Below are positions 39,538-50,801 of a stretch of 64,000 nt of DNA, one piece after another. Numbering within the stretch: the stretch's first letter is position 1; every line of letters starts with the position of its first letter. A program made the position numbers and the translations under genes. Source of the DNA: Dehalococcoidia bacterium (GTDB lineage Bacteria > Chloroflexota > Dehalococcoidia > Lucifugimonadales > UBA3495). The DNA is taken from positions 1,210,088-1,274,087 of the forward strand of contig OY730415.1 of NCBI GenBank assembly GCA_963422635.1, written 5' to 3'. A model generated the notes under the pieces. It searched no databases. It was not told the DNA's origin and saw only the letters and a list, made by a program, of their open reading frames with translations.

Positions 39538-40239
39538 ATGCCGGAACGATCAGTGCTCGTCGTCGAGGACGAGGAAAACCTTCTGGAAGCCCTGCGCTAT
39601 AACCTGGAGCGAGAAGGGTATCAGGTGCATACCGCCACCGACGGCGGTGATGGCCTGGAACTGGCCCGCCGCGTTAACCCCTCCCTAATTCTCCTCGACA
39701 TAATGCTGCCGACCCTCGACGGCTTTGAGGTTTGCCGCATTCTCCGCCGGGAATCGCAAGCGCCCATCCTGATGCTGACCGCCAAGGGTGAAGAGGTTGA
39801 CCGGGTGGTGGGCCTCGAACTGGGCGCCGACGACTACATTACCAAACCCTTCAGCATTCGCGAACTAATGGCCCGAGTCCGTAATACCCTGCGTCGCGCC
39901 CGTCCGCTGGAAGACGCCCAAAGCCCGGAGGCCGCTAACCGGAATCACCGAGTCGGCAACCTGGAAATCGACCTGAACCGCCACGAAGCGCGCTTGGCCG
40001 GCCAGCCCCTGAACCTCAAACCCAAGGAATTTGACCTGCTGGCCCTCTTGGTGGCCGACCCGGGCCGCGCCTTCACCCGCGACCAGATTCTGGAAAAGGT
40101 TTGGGGCTACGACTACATCGGTCAGACCAGAACGGTGGACGTTTACATCAGTTGGCTGCGCGAGAAACTTCAGGCCGATCCCACCACCGCCCGGAGCATC
40201 GTTACCATCCGAGGAGTCGGCTACCGGCTGGATGGATGA
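39538..40239 (+). CDS. OmpR/PhoB-family response regulator
   Basis: REC domain (LLDIMLPTLDG, LTAKG) plus a winged-helix domain (RTVDVYISWLREKL). Confidence 0.9.
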   Translation: MPERSVLVVEDEENLLEALRYNLEREGYQVHTATDGGDGLELARRVNPSLILLDIMLPTLDGFEVCRILRRESQAPILMLTAKGEEVDRVVGLELGADDYITKPFSIRELMARVRNTLRRARPLEDAQSPEAANRNHRVGNLEIDLNRHEARLAGQPLNLKPKEFDLLALLVADPGRAFTRDQILEKVWGYDYIGQTRTVDVYISWLREKLQADPTTARSIVTIRGVGYRLDG

Positions 40240-41654
40240 ACTTTCAGCGCTCGCTACTAGCGCGTATCGCCTTGGCTTATGCGGCCCTCACCCTCCCCTT
40301 CCTCGCCCTTATTTTAGCGGCGCCCTTTGACCGTATGGGGAACCTACCGGGCCTGGGCGCTTCTTTTCTGGGCTGGGGCTGGAGTCTGGAAATCGGAATC
40401 GGGGTCGGAATCGGAGCTTTTGGCGTCCTTTCGGCGGCCTTGGCCTACCTGATTGCCCGTCGCGCCTACCGCGCGGTTCGCGCGGTTACGCAAGGTTCCC
40501 GCCGACTGGCCGCCGGCGACCTCGATTACCGAGTTCCGCCCGTATTCTCCCCGGAAACTCGGGAAATGACCGACGCCTTCAACCGGATGGCCGATTCTCT
40601 CAAAAGAGTCATCGAACACCGGTCCGCCGAGCGCGATACCCTGTCCGCCGTCCTGGATACCATGGCCGATGGCGTGATTGTTACCGAATTGGGCGGACGG
40701 GTAATGCTCTTGAACCCGGCCTCCCGGGAACTAATGGGCATCGGGGACGAAGCGGTGGAAGGCTCCCGGCTCATTGAACTGGTGCGCGACAACGAAATCC
40801 ACCGGCTGGCGACCCAATGCCAGTCCGAAAAAACTCGCCAACAAGGGGAAGTCGCCTTGCTCCACCCCCGGCGCTACCTCAGCGCCATCGCTACCCCCCT
40901 GGACGGCGTCGGCGCCCAGGGCGTGCTGTTGACCATCCACGACCTGACCCGCATCCGCCAAGTGGAAACCAGCCAGAAGGAGTTTGTCAGCAACGTCTCC
41001 CACGAACTGCGCAACCCCATGGCCTCCATCAAGGCGATGGTGGAAACTCTGGAGGCCGGGGCGATGCACGACCCCAAGGTCGCCGCCGACTTCCTGGGGC
41101 GGATGCGCCGGGATGTGGACCGCATTAACGGCCTGGTCAATGACTTGCTAGAACTGTCCCGGATGGAGAGCGGTCAGTTTACCATCGAGGCGGAACCCCT
41201 GTCCTTGGCCCCCTTGATGCAAGGCGTCAAGCGACAATTCCAGGAAACGGCCGCCTCTCGGGGAGTAACCATCGAATTCCAGGCGCCCGACGACTTACCG
41301 CTGGCAATGGCCGACGGCGACAAGCTGAGCCAGGTCTTGGTGAATCTGGTGGAAAACTCGCTCAAGTTCAGCCGGCCGCAAGGTCGGATTAACCTCGAAG
41401 CGCAGTCTCGGCCCGGCTACCCGGACTACTTGGAAGTGCGGCTGAGGGATACCGGAATCGGCGTGGCTCCCCAGCACCTGCCGCATATCTTTGAGCGGTT
41501 CTACAAGGTTGACCGCTCCCGGCGCGACGGCGGCACGGGATTGGGCTTGGCGATAGTCAAACAGTTAGTCGAGGCTCACGGGGGCTGGATAACGGTGGAA
41601 AGTCGGGAAGGGGAAGGTTGCGCCTTCACCTTTACCATCCCCTGCGCCGGTTGA
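40236..41654 (+). CDS. PhoR-like sensor histidine kinase (TM-HAMP-PAS-HisKA-HATPase)
   Basis: ATG overlaps the regulator stop (ATGA). H-box SHELRNPMASI; N, G1 and G2 boxes (DTGIGV, GGTGLGLAIV). Confidence 0.85.
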   Translation: MNFQRSLLARIALAYAALTLPFLALILAAPFDRMGNLPGLGASFLGWGWSLEIGIGVGIGAFGVLSAALAYLIARRAYRAVRAVTQGSRRLAAGDLDYRVPPVFSPETREMTDAFNRMADSLKRVIEHRSAERDTLSAVLDTMADGVIVTELGGRVMLLNPASRELMGIGDEAVEGSRLIELVRDNEIHRLATQCQSEKTRQQGEVALLHPRRYLSAIATPLDGVGAQGVLLTIHDLTRIRQVETSQKEFVSNVSHELRNPMASIKAMVETLEAGAMHDPKVAADFLGRMRRDVDRINGLVNDLLELSRMESGQFTIEAEPLSLAPLMQGVKRQFQETAASRGVTIEFQAPDDLPLAMADGDKLSQVLVNLVENSLKFSRPQGRINLEAQSRPGYPDYLEVRLRDTGIGVAPQHLPHIFERFYKVDRSRRDGGTGLGLAIVKQLVEAHGGWITVESREGEGCAFTFTIPCAG

Positions 41655-41707
41655 ACCGCGCCAAGTCTATCCTAGGTATTCACCGATAACGCAAAGGGAG
41701 AAATGAC

Positions 41708-42466
41708 ATGTCGTCTGTCGTACAACTCCTGAGATTCCTCCAGTTCGGAATCTTGGGCTTGGCGCTAATCCTCGCTGCCCTGGCTTGCTCCAGTGTACCC
41801 GAACTAATCCCCATCCCCGCGACGCCGGAGGTAAAGACGGCGGCGCCGGTTTCGACGCCCATCCCGACGCTAACTTTAGAACCCACCCCGGCGCCGCCCG
41901 TTTCGCCGCCGGTCCCGACAAGGGCTGATGGGCGGGAACCAGCGCCCCGGCTCACCCTTTCCCCGATCCCCGCCGACCTGCCCGATTATGACCGGAAGGA
42001 CTGGAAGCACTGGACCGACGCCGACCAGGACTGCCAGAACACCCGGGCCGAGGTCTTAATCGCCGAATCCGCTGCGCCGGTAACCTTCCGGCGTACCCGG
42101 GGCTGCACCGTTGACACCGGCCAGTGGCTTGATCCATTTACCGGAACTACCTTTACCGAAGCCGGCGACCTGGACGTTGACCACCTGGTTCCCTTGGCCA
42201 ACGCCCACCGCTCCGGCGGCTGGAAATGGAACGCCGCCCGGAAGCGGGAGTTCGCCAACAGTTTGGCCTACGACAACCATCTGATTGCCGTATCGGCCTC
42301 GGCCAACCGGGCCAAAGGCGCTAAAGGGCCGGAGGCTTGGCAGCCGCCCAACTCGGACCACCACTGCCAATATGCGCAGGACTGGATAACGGTAAAGGAC
42401 GAGTGGGGCCTTACCGCCACCACCGACGAGTGGGCCGCTCTGGAACAAATGCTGGGCCGATGCTGA
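41708..42466 (+). CDS. Secreted HNH/DUF1524-family nuclease lipoprotein
   Basis: Lipobox LAALAC, Pro-rich linker, then DVDHLVPLANAHRSGG...NRAKG...W.P and conserved Cys pairs, as in extracellular DUF1524/GmrSD-C nucleases. Confidence 0.65.
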   Translation: MSSVVQLLRFLQFGILGLALILAALACSSVPELIPIPATPEVKTAAPVSTPIPTLTLEPTPAPPVSPPVPTRADGREPAPRLTLSPIPADLPDYDRKDWKHWTDADQDCQNTRAEVLIAESAAPVTFRRTRGCTVDTGQWLDPFTGTTFTEAGDLDVDHLVPLANAHRSGGWKWNAARKREFANSLAYDNHLIAVSASANRAKGAKGPEAWQPPNSDHHCQYAQDWITVKDEWGLTATTDEWAALEQMLGRC

Positions 42467-42631
42467 TAAGAATAGCGCCCCCGCAGGGAGCGGTTCCAAG
42501 GCATTCGTATCTGGAAATATATAAATATCCCTAATTTCGTTGCCTGACCTTACTCCGGCCTACCTTCCGGTCCCGCTGGCCTTTGCCGGGATATGGGCTT
42601 GGTTGTCGCGGGCCGCCGCCCGGCGGCGACC

Positions 42632-42681
42632 TTTAACCAAGGTTTAACCCGACCTTAAAAGGGCTTTAACGGCAACCTAAT
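42632..42681 (+). promoter_or_regulatory. Pho-box-like array: five hexamers at exact 11-bp spacing
   Basis: TTTAAC at 42632, 42643 and 42665; CTTAAA at 42654; CCTAAT at 42676. TATAGG at 42702-42707 follows as a possible -10. Upstream of pstS. Confidence 0.5.
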
Positions 42682-42805
42682 TGCCGCTTGAAACGGAAAG
42701 TATAGGCTTACCGTCGTGCGCCAAGCGCGGCGCAACAGGCCTCCCTGGGGGGCGATGCGCGACCTTCGGCGTCAGAAATAGCCGAAAATACTATCAGGAG
42801 GAACC

Positions 42806-43912
<1,107 letters not shown>

Positions 43913-44113
43913 ATAATAAGGCAACGGCAGCCGAGTTCTCCCGCAAAATCAGCTGCTCTTATAACCGAATAAAGGGAAGAGGTCGGCTCCAACGGATTTA
44001 AGGAGGCGCCCCCTTCCCTTTGCTTTGTCGATAGGTCGCCGGTCAAAGAAGAGTGATCGGTTTCCTGGGTTAACCGGGTTTCCGGCGATAGGCTAGATAC
44101 GCTCCCCCGGATT

Positions 44114-44139
44114 GACCGATTAACCCGGTTTAATCGGTC
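44114..44139 (-). terminator. Hairpin abutting the NHL gene stop (10-bp perfect stem)
   Basis: GACCGATTAA-6 nt-TTAATCGGTC, immediately 3' of the stop at 44140-44142. No U-tract. Confidence 0.35.
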
Positions 44140-45177
44140 CTATAGCGGGCCGCCCATAAACACCGCAGCCTGTTTCCGAAAGACCTGAAGGCGTTGGCGA
44201 GAGCATTCCACCACAAAGACCCGGCCCGCATCATCCACCTCTACCGCTATCGGCCCGTGGAACTGCTTCTCGCGCTCCCGCAGACCCTGGGCCATTTCCC
44301 GGCCCCGCAGGATCGTCGGGTCCAGTTCCACCCGCTCCCGGCCCCACTTGGACAAGGTTGCCTCGCCGGTCAGCTTGGCGATAAAGTCGCCATCGGCGTT
44401 GAACACCTGGAGGCGGTCGTTCTTGAAGTCGGTAACGTAGATGATTCCCTCCTGGTCCACGGCGACTCCGGTGGGCCGGTTGAACTCCCCGTCCTCCTGA
44501 CCGGAGGCGCCAAACTTCATCAGGAACTGCCCGTCCGGGGCGAACTTCTGGATGCGGTCATTGCGCCAGTCCGCCACGTACACCGCCCCGTTGGGGTCAA
44601 TCTCGATGCCCCAAGGGTAGCTAAACTCCCCGTCCCCGCTGCCTTCGCGGCCCCATTGGGCCAGATACTTACCCTCTTTGGTGAATATCTGGATCCGGTG
44701 ATTTGCGCTGTCCACCAGGTAAAGGTTATCTGCGGCGTCGAAGGCCAGCCCGGAGGGACGGTTGAACTTGCCGTCGCCGTCGCCGAGGGTTCCCCACTTG
44801 CCGAGGCAGCGACCTTCCGGGTCAAAAATGGTAATCCGGTTGAGCCACTCGTCGGCCACGTAAGCGTTGCCGGCGCGGTCCAGGGCGACCGATGTGGGCC
44901 ACATAAAGCTGCCGTCGGGGGCGGAGGCGTCGGCTTCTTCCGGGGGAACCTTCTGGCCGAACTCGCGGACTAGCTCTTCATCCACCGTGAAGACGGTAAC
45001 CCGCTTGCAGGGGAAAAAGGCCGGAGTTTCTGAACCGCGGCTCAGCACATATAACCGGTTTTCTGGGTCCCGCGTTATCGCCACCGGGTAGAAGAACCCG
45101 GTTCCGCTCCGGTTCTCCTGCCGTCCAATGGTGTGGCTGTATTGAAAAGTTATCGGCGCAATTTCAGTAGTAACCAT
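44140..45177 (-). CDS. NHL-repeat six-bladed beta-propeller protein (cassette 1)
   Basis: Repeated ...P.G(I/V)A.D..G..YV.D..N.R(I/V)Q.F... blades x5-6. ATG at 45177 aligns with the paralog start MVT. Confidence 0.75.
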   Translation of the reverse strand: MVTTEIAPITFQYSHTIGRQENRSGTGFFYPVAITRDPENRLYVLSRGSETPAFFPCKRVTVFTVDEELVREFGQKVPPEEADASAPDGSFMWPTSVALDRAGNAYVADEWLNRITIFDPEGRCLGKWGTLGDGDGKFNRPSGLAFDAADNLYLVDSANHRIQIFTKEGKYLAQWGREGSGDGEFSYPWGIEIDPNGAVYVADWRNDRIQKFAPDGQFLMKFGASGQEDGEFNRPTGVAVDQEGIIYVTDFKNDRLQVFNADGDFIAKLTGEATLSKWGRERVELDPTILRGREMAQGLREREKQFHGPIAVEVDDAGRVFVVECSRQRLQVFRKQAAVFMGGPL

Positions 45178-45209
45178 TTTGCCTGCCCTCACAAAAGCGT
45201 CTTTTCATC

Positions 45210-45259
45210 AGGTAAGGCGGCGCTGGCGGCGGTCGACCGCCGCCAGCGCCGCCTTACCT
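45210..45259. repeat. Perfect 50-bp palindrome (25-bp arms, no loop)
   Basis: aGGTAAGGCGGCGCTGGCGGCGGTC|GACCGCCGCCAGCGCCGCCTTACCt. Verified base by base as its own reverse complement. Confidence 0.95.
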
Positions 45260-45273
45260 TTCCGATGGTCAAG

Positions 45274-46410
45274 TTACTTGATAAAGTCAAACTGCTCGTA
45301 GGCGCCGCCGAGTACGGGGTTGGCGTCGAGGCCCATCCACTGTTCCAGCAGCGCGGCGTAGGTTCCCCGGAAGTCATTGTTCCACCGTAGGTCGCCCTCA
45401 TCCAGCTTCTCCGGTTCCAGCGACGGGTACTCGCCGTACAGTCCGCCCTTTACCGAATCGCCGATGACAAAGGCCACGCCGCCCGAGCCGTGGTCGGTGC
45501 CGGAGCCATTTTCCTTTACCCGCCGCCCAAACTCGGTGAAGAGCAGCATCACGACTTCCTCGTTGGCATTATGCTCCTTCAAGTCCTGGTAGAAGTCGCC
45601 GATGGCGTTGGAGACGTCGCCCCACAGTTTGGGGAAGGTGATGTTCTGGTTGGCGTGGGTGTCGAAGGTGCCGGGGTTGACGCCGGTGTAAAGCACTCGC
45701 GTCCCGAAGTTCGCCAAGTGCACTTGGGCGATGTTTTTCAGCCATTGGGCGAAGGGGCTGCCGCCATACTCGACGCTGGAGGAATAGATTTCGGGAGCGG
45801 CGCTCAGGATGTCGGCGCCCTTCAGCGCGTCCAGACCGGTTTGGGAGAGGTAGTCGTTAACTGGCCCGGAGCCGATCATCGGGGAATACATCCGGCCAAA
45901 AATATCGAGGGCTTCCATCCGTTCTTCCTCGCCGCCGATGCCGGTCAGCACCCCGTAGCTTGCCAAATCGCCGACGGAGGCTACCGATACGCCGGGGGCG
46001 GCCAAGGCCCGGGGCAGGCCGCGGCCAAAGTTGACGGCGGTCAGGATATTCTCCTTGTTGGGGTCCAGGTCGCGGATCGCCTTGCCCAGCCAGCCGTCGG
46101 TTACCATTTTTTCCGGCTCGGCGGTGTGCCAGATGTCCAGGGAGCGGAAGTGGGAGCGAATGGGGTTGGGGTAGCCGATACCTTGCATAACGGCCACTTT
46201 GCCCTCGTCATACAGCTCCTTCAGGGGAGCCATGGCCGGGTGGAACCCGACCTTGTCGTCAACGGCCAGTACATCTTCGGGTGAAACTTGCAAGGTCGGG
46301 CGATAGTCGGGATAGTGGGGGTCGCTGTAGGGGATAAAGGTGTTTAGCGCATCATAAGCGCCGGTCATCTGAAGTATCACCAAGACCGGGTCTTTCTTGT
46401 TGGAGGTCAT
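45274..46410 (-). CDS. DUF1501-family protein (sulfatase/phosphatase-like fold), cassette 1
   Basis: RSHFRSLDIWHT, FDTHANQ and EFGRRVKENGSGTDHG motifs. No Tat/Sec signal at the N-terminus. Confidence 0.8.
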   Translation of the reverse strand: MTSNKKDPVLVILQMTGAYDALNTFIPYSDPHYPDYRPTLQVSPEDVLAVDDKVGFHPAMAPLKELYDEGKVAVMQGIGYPNPIRSHFRSLDIWHTAEPEKMVTDGWLGKAIRDLDPNKENILTAVNFGRGLPRALAAPGVSVASVGDLASYGVLTGIGGEEERMEALDIFGRMYSPMIGSGPVNDYLSQTGLDALKGADILSAAPEIYSSSVEYGGSPFAQWLKNIAQVHLANFGTRVLYTGVNPGTFDTHANQNITFPKLWGDVSNAIGDFYQDLKEHNANEEVVMLLFTEFGRRVKENGSGTDHGSGGVAFVIGDSVKGGLYGEYPSLEPEKLDEGDLRWNNDFRGTYAALLEQWMGLDANPVLGGAYEQFDFIK

Positions 46411-46517
46411 GCTCTTCTCCTTCTCGGTATGAGGTACGAGGTAGGGGTTGGTTTTGTAGCGTCGTCTTTCAGCCGTCTTTCCGTCTTTTAATTGTTGGGG
46501 CCGGTCGCTGGTTCCGG

Positions 46518-47921
46518 CTAGGCGTAGAGATATTCCTTGGTGGCTACGATCATCTGAAGTATTTGGCTAACTTGTTCGGGAAACTCCTGGGTATGGGTAG
46601 GCAACTCCCCGCTCTTTCGGGCGTGTTCCACCAGCATCCGGTAATTCTCCTCGGCCAGTTCGTAGTGGCCCAATAGCCGCAGGCAACCATCCACCAAGTT
46701 TTCCGGAGTTAGGGTGGGGCCTTCCGCCGCCAGTTTCCGAACTATGTCCTGGACGCCGGGGTAGCTGACATCCCCCACATAGTCGGCAATGAAGTTAATG
46801 CGGCGCACCAAGGTTCCGCCGTCAATCCACTCCTTGCCGGTATGCCAGCCCTCCACGGAAGGGGGATTTAGTATCTCTTGCCCCATGTGTTTCATTTCGT
46901 CGAAAATGGACTCAAAGCCGGGTTTGGGCGAGGTCCAGTCGCCAACCAGGCGCAGAGTTCCGATTACCGTCTCGATGGGGCCTTTTATGCGGGAAAAGCG
47001 CGCCTTCTTGAAGGCGTCGGAGTTAAACAGCGTCCGTAGCATAGAACGGATGTCGTAGCCGGAGCGGAAATACTCGGCTTCCAGCAGCTTGATGGTGTCC
47101 GGGTCCCGGGGCGGGGTATCCATCCAGGCCGGCACCTGAGCTTCGTCAGCGACGAAGAAACTGTAGAGGTGGCGAGAGATGAATCGGGCGGTGGCCGGCT
47201 GCTGACAGATAATGTCAATAATGTCCTCGCCGTTAAAGTTGCCGGTGCGACCCAAAAAAGTCTTCTCGCCTTCATCGTGGTCTTGGGGGTTATATACAAA
47301 CTGCGAACTGTAGCGGCCATAGGGTTGTCCGGGGATGCCGTTGGCGATCGTCCAGCCGGTAAAGGCCCGGGCGCACTCCTTCACGTCATCCTCGGTGTAG
47401 TTGAACTGCCCGTCCATGCCCACGCCCATGGAAAATAGCTCCAGCAGCTCCCGTCCGTAGTTCTCGTTGATTGCGTCTTTGTGGCTCAAGCAGTTGTCCA
47501 GAAAATAGACCATCGCCGGGTCTCGGGAAATCTCGATCAAGAGGTCTCGGAAGCTGCCCATCCCGCACCGGCGGAGCATCTCCAACTCGGCGTTAGAGGT
47601 AACATAACTTTGGGTCTTGCTGTCCGCCGTGCACAGGATGCCATGCCAGAAAAGGACCATTTTCTCTTCTAACTGGCTCCTGGAGTTTATCATGCGCCAC
47701 GCATTGTATTCGGGGACGCAGCGGATGAAGTGATTCCATTCGATGAAGCTCCGTTCCGCCAGATCCAGGTCCATCCCATTCGAATGGTCTTCAGGGTGGA
47801 GCAGTTCCTCCACGGTGGCCTCGTATCCCTGGGCGGCGCGGGCTGCCAGTTCTTCGTACTGCGCCCCAAATCCGGCGCGCCGCATCAGGTGGGCCATCAA
47901 AGCGATGTCGTTATCTGCCAT
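46518..47921 (-). CDS. DUF1800-family protein, cassette 1
   Basis: LMAHLMRRAGFGA, FWHGILCT, YFLDN...NENYGRELLELFSMG and YTEDDVKECARAFTGW motifs. Confidence 0.8.
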   Translation of the reverse strand: MADNDIALMAHLMRRAGFGAQYEELAARAAQGYEATVEELLHPEDHSNGMDLDLAERSFIEWNHFIRCVPEYNAWRMINSRSQLEEKMVLFWHGILCTADSKTQSYVTSNAELEMLRRCGMGSFRDLLIEISRDPAMVYFLDNCLSHKDAINENYGRELLELFSMGVGMDGQFNYTEDDVKECARAFTGWTIANGIPGQPYGRYSSQFVYNPQDHDEGEKTFLGRTGNFNGEDIIDIICQQPATARFISRHLYSFFVADEAQVPAWMDTPPRDPDTIKLLEAEYFRSGYDIRSMLRTLFNSDAFKKARFSRIKGPIETVIGTLRLVGDWTSPKPGFESIFDEMKHMGQEILNPPSVEGWHTGKEWIDGGTLVRRINFIADYVGDVSYPGVQDIVRKLAAEGPTLTPENLVDGCLRLLGHYELAEENYRMLVEHARKSGELPTHTQEFPEQVSQILQMIVATKEYLYA

Positions 47922-48206
47922 ACATACTCCTCCTCAACCGGGTATGAGGTAAACATAGCTGCGCTTATGATAGCATCTTTGCGATTTCCTATCAAGTTAG
48001 CCTTTCCGGTCGCCGGCTCCGTTACATCGTTGTTACACGGCCATCAAAGCTTCATTCCGGCGGAACCCCATCGGCGAATTGGGCGAAACCGCCAGCGCGT
48101 GCTAGAATGGCTTACGCTGCCGCCAATTCAAGGCTTTGCTGCGCGATGCTGCTGGGGAAGCTTCGGCAGCTGCGAGAATTATCAGGACATTATTGGAGGT
48201 TGACCA

Positions 48207-48545
48207 ATGAAGTTTATCCGACTCTACACCGGCGATGACGGGCATACCCACATTGAAGAACTGGATTGGGAATCCCGCCCCGATTTTACTAACTTGCATC
48301 AGGCCAAGGGCGTGGTTTTCCGGGCTGCCGAGGCGGGTCGGTTCAGCGACTGGCACGTCGCCCCCCGGCGGCAGTACGTTATCACCCTGGCTGGCGAAGG
48401 TGAAATCGGCTTGAAGGATGGAACCAAGTACCGCCTCGGCCCCGGCGATGTCAACCTGGCGGAAGATGTTGCCGGCGACGGCCATACCACCGCCGTGGTC
48501 GGCGACACCCCCCGCGTTACGGTTACCATACACTTGGAAGACTAA
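48207..48545 (+). CDS. Small cupin-fold protein
   Basis: 112 aa with beta-rich pattern W.H.APRRQYVITLAGEGEI...G...LGPGDV. Weak family call. Confidence 0.5.
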   Translation: MKFIRLYTGDDGHTHIEELDWESRPDFTNLHQAKGVVFRAAEAGRFSDWHVAPRRQYVITLAGEGEIGLKDGTKYRLGPGDVNLAEDVAGDGHTTAVVGDTPRVTVTIHLED

Positions 48546-48639
48546 TCCCCGGCCTTTCCCCCGGCGCCAACCGCTCCTCTTTAGGGGGAGCGGTTGGCGC
48601 CGGGACTTGCCGAATGGTTAATCCGGCCCTAATCCGGTA

Positions 48640-50658
48640 ATGGAGGTTAGCGTGATGGCAGTTTCTCGACTGGAGGTTAGGTCCATCCGGCCCTTTGCTG
48701 ATGGAGCGGTTTTTGGCGACGCCGGCGCTTACCGGCAGTTGGAAGGGCTGGCTCATTTTGCGGTTGATCCCGACCACCCGGCCAATGGCGGGATAACCGA
48801 TCTGGAGTTGGCGCCTCGGGATGCCGCTGGCCTAGTACATTGCGTCGCCGATTTTTGCATTCTGCAGCCCGAAGCGCCAGAGCGGGGGAACCACCGTATT
48901 TTGTTTGATGTGGTAAACCGGGGCAACCCTACGGCGCTGACTAACCTGAACAGCGCCGGGGAGCGGTTGGGCGCGGGCAACGGCTTCCTGATGCGGCAGG
49001 GTTACACGGTAGTTTGGTGTGGTTGGCAGTATGATGTGCCGCCGGATAGCCCCGGCCTGGTGGGACTGACCGTTCCGGAGGCCCTGACTCCGGTTGAGGC
49101 CGAGGGCGGGGGTGGGGAAGCGATTTCCGGCAAGATTTCCTTCGCTTTGCAGCCTCACCGGGTTATCTACGATCATCCGCTGGCGGACCGGGGGCACCGG
49201 CCGCATCCGGTCAGCGACGGCGGCGACCCGGAAGCGGAACTGGCGGTTCGGGAACACCAGGATGGCCCGCCCCGGGTAATTCCGAGGGAGCAGTGGGCCT
49301 TTGCTCGGCGCGACGGCGATTCGGTGGTTGCGGATGCCAGCTATGTTTATCTGGAATCGGGTTTTCAGCCGGGCCAGGTGTATGAAATAACCTACACTAC
49401 TTCCGGAGCGGCGGTGGTTGGTATGGGTCTGCTGACGCCGCGGGACTTGGTGTCCTTCCTGCGCTATGGCGCGGCGGCTGACGGCAACCCCTGCGCCGGC
49501 GACATCCAGTACGCCTATGCCTTTGGCCGTTCCCAGAGCGGCGGCTTTCTGCGCCGCTTCCTATATTGCGGCTTGACCCAGGATGAGGCTGACCGCCCGG
49601 TGTTTGAAGGGTTGATTCCCTTGGTGGCTGGCAGTGGGCGCGGGGAGATGAACCAGCGGTTTGGCCAGCCCTCGACGCCGCCCCGGGCTACCGCTGGGCG
49701 CACCTTCCCCTTCCATGACCGGCTGCAAACCGACCCGGATACCGGGCGGGTTGACGGCCTGCTAGCTCGGCTGGACGCCGCCGGCAAAACGCCCAAGGTT
49801 TTCTTGACCAACACCTCGGCGGAGTACTGGAGCGGCCACGCTTCGCTAATTCATACCACTCTGGATGGGGCGGCCGACCTGCCGCCCGCCGCCTCGGTGC
49901 GAATCTATCACTATGCTGGCGCTCAGCACGGGCCGGGCCGCTTGAGCCTGTTTGATGTGGATGTTAGGGACGGCCCCCAAGGGCAGCAGTTGGCTAATTC
50001 GGTGGATTATCGGCCGCTGCTGCGGGCGGCTCTGGTCAACCTGGACGCTTGGGTAACCAGAGGGCAGGAACCGCCGCCCAGCTGTCATCCCCGCTTGGCT
50101 GATGGCACGGCGATGCCGGCCCCGCAAACCGAGGCGGTGTTTCGGGCCATTCCGGGAGTGAACTTCCCGGAGTATCTGAAGTATGTTTATCGGCTAGACT
50201 TCGGCCCGGAGGCGTATCGGGGGCTTATCGGCCAATTGCCGCCGGCGGTGGGCGAACCTTACCCCAATTTGGTCGCGGCGGTGGATGGGGACGGCAATGA
50301 GGTGGCGGGCATCCGCTTGCCGGATGTGAGCGTGCCGGTGGCGACCAACACGGGTTGGAACCTGCGGCAGCCGGTGAGCGGCGGCCCTGGCCAGATTATG
50401 CCGCAGATTGGTTCCAGCATTCCTTTTCCGGCGACCCGCGCCCACCGGGAGGCTGCCGGCGACCCGCGCGCTTCCATCGAGGAACGTTATCGTTCCCTAG
50501 AGGACTACTTGGGGCAGGTTCAGCGGGCGGCCGAGGTTCTGGTTGACCAGGGATATTTGCTGGCCGAGGACTTGGACGTCATTGCCGAACAAGCCGCTGA
50601 ACGCTATAGCGCCTTGTCGGGGCGACCAGGGGCAGTTCCGGCGGCGACGGACGATTAG
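48640..50658 (+). CDS. Large conserved hypothetical protein, possibly of the alpha/beta-hydrolase-domain (Abhydrolase_10-like) family
   Basis: 672 aa. N-terminal ...NRGNPTALTNLNSAG...GFLMRQGYTVVWCGWQYD resembles that family from memory. Low-confidence function. Confidence 0.35.
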   Translation: MEVSVMAVSRLEVRSIRPFADGAVFGDAGAYRQLEGLAHFAVDPDHPANGGITDLELAPRDAAGLVHCVADFCILQPEAPERGNHRILFDVVNRGNPTALTNLNSAGERLGAGNGFLMRQGYTVVWCGWQYDVPPDSPGLVGLTVPEALTPVEAEGGGGEAISGKISFALQPHRVIYDHPLADRGHRPHPVSDGGDPEAELAVREHQDGPPRVIPREQWAFARRDGDSVVADASYVYLESGFQPGQVYEITYTTSGAAVVGMGLLTPRDLVSFLRYGAAADGNPCAGDIQYAYAFGRSQSGGFLRRFLYCGLTQDEADRPVFEGLIPLVAGSGRGEMNQRFGQPSTPPRATAGRTFPFHDRLQTDPDTGRVDGLLARLDAAGKTPKVFLTNTSAEYWSGHASLIHTTLDGAADLPPAASVRIYHYAGAQHGPGRLSLFDVDVRDGPQGQQLANSVDYRPLLRAALVNLDAWVTRGQEPPPSCHPRLADGTAMPAPQTEAVFRAIPGVNFPEYLKYVYRLDFGPEAYRGLIGQLPPAVGEPYPNLVAAVDGDGNEVAGIRLPDVSVPVATNTGWNLRQPVSGGPGQIMPQIGSSIPFPATRAHREAAGDPRASIEERYRSLEDYLGQVQRAAEVLVDQGYLLAEDLDVIAEQAAERYSALSGRPGAVPAATDD

Positions 50659-50704
50659 CGCGACTATAGGGGCAGGGGTTGGGGAGGTGCTTCCGGCGGC
50701 CTAT

Positions 50705-50746
50705 TTGATCGGGGCGGATAGGGACGGGCTTGCCGCCCCCGATCAA
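50705..50746 (+). terminator. Hairpin downstream of the 672-aa gene (10+3 bp stem, one bulge)
   Basis: TTGATCGGGGCGG ... CCGcCCCCGATCAA. A second short hairpin with a T5 run lies at 50766-50787. Confidence 0.4.
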
Positions 50747-50801
50747 GTAGAGCATCCGGCTTGGCGGAGCAACGGCCGCTCCTTTTTGCCTACGAACTCT
50801 C

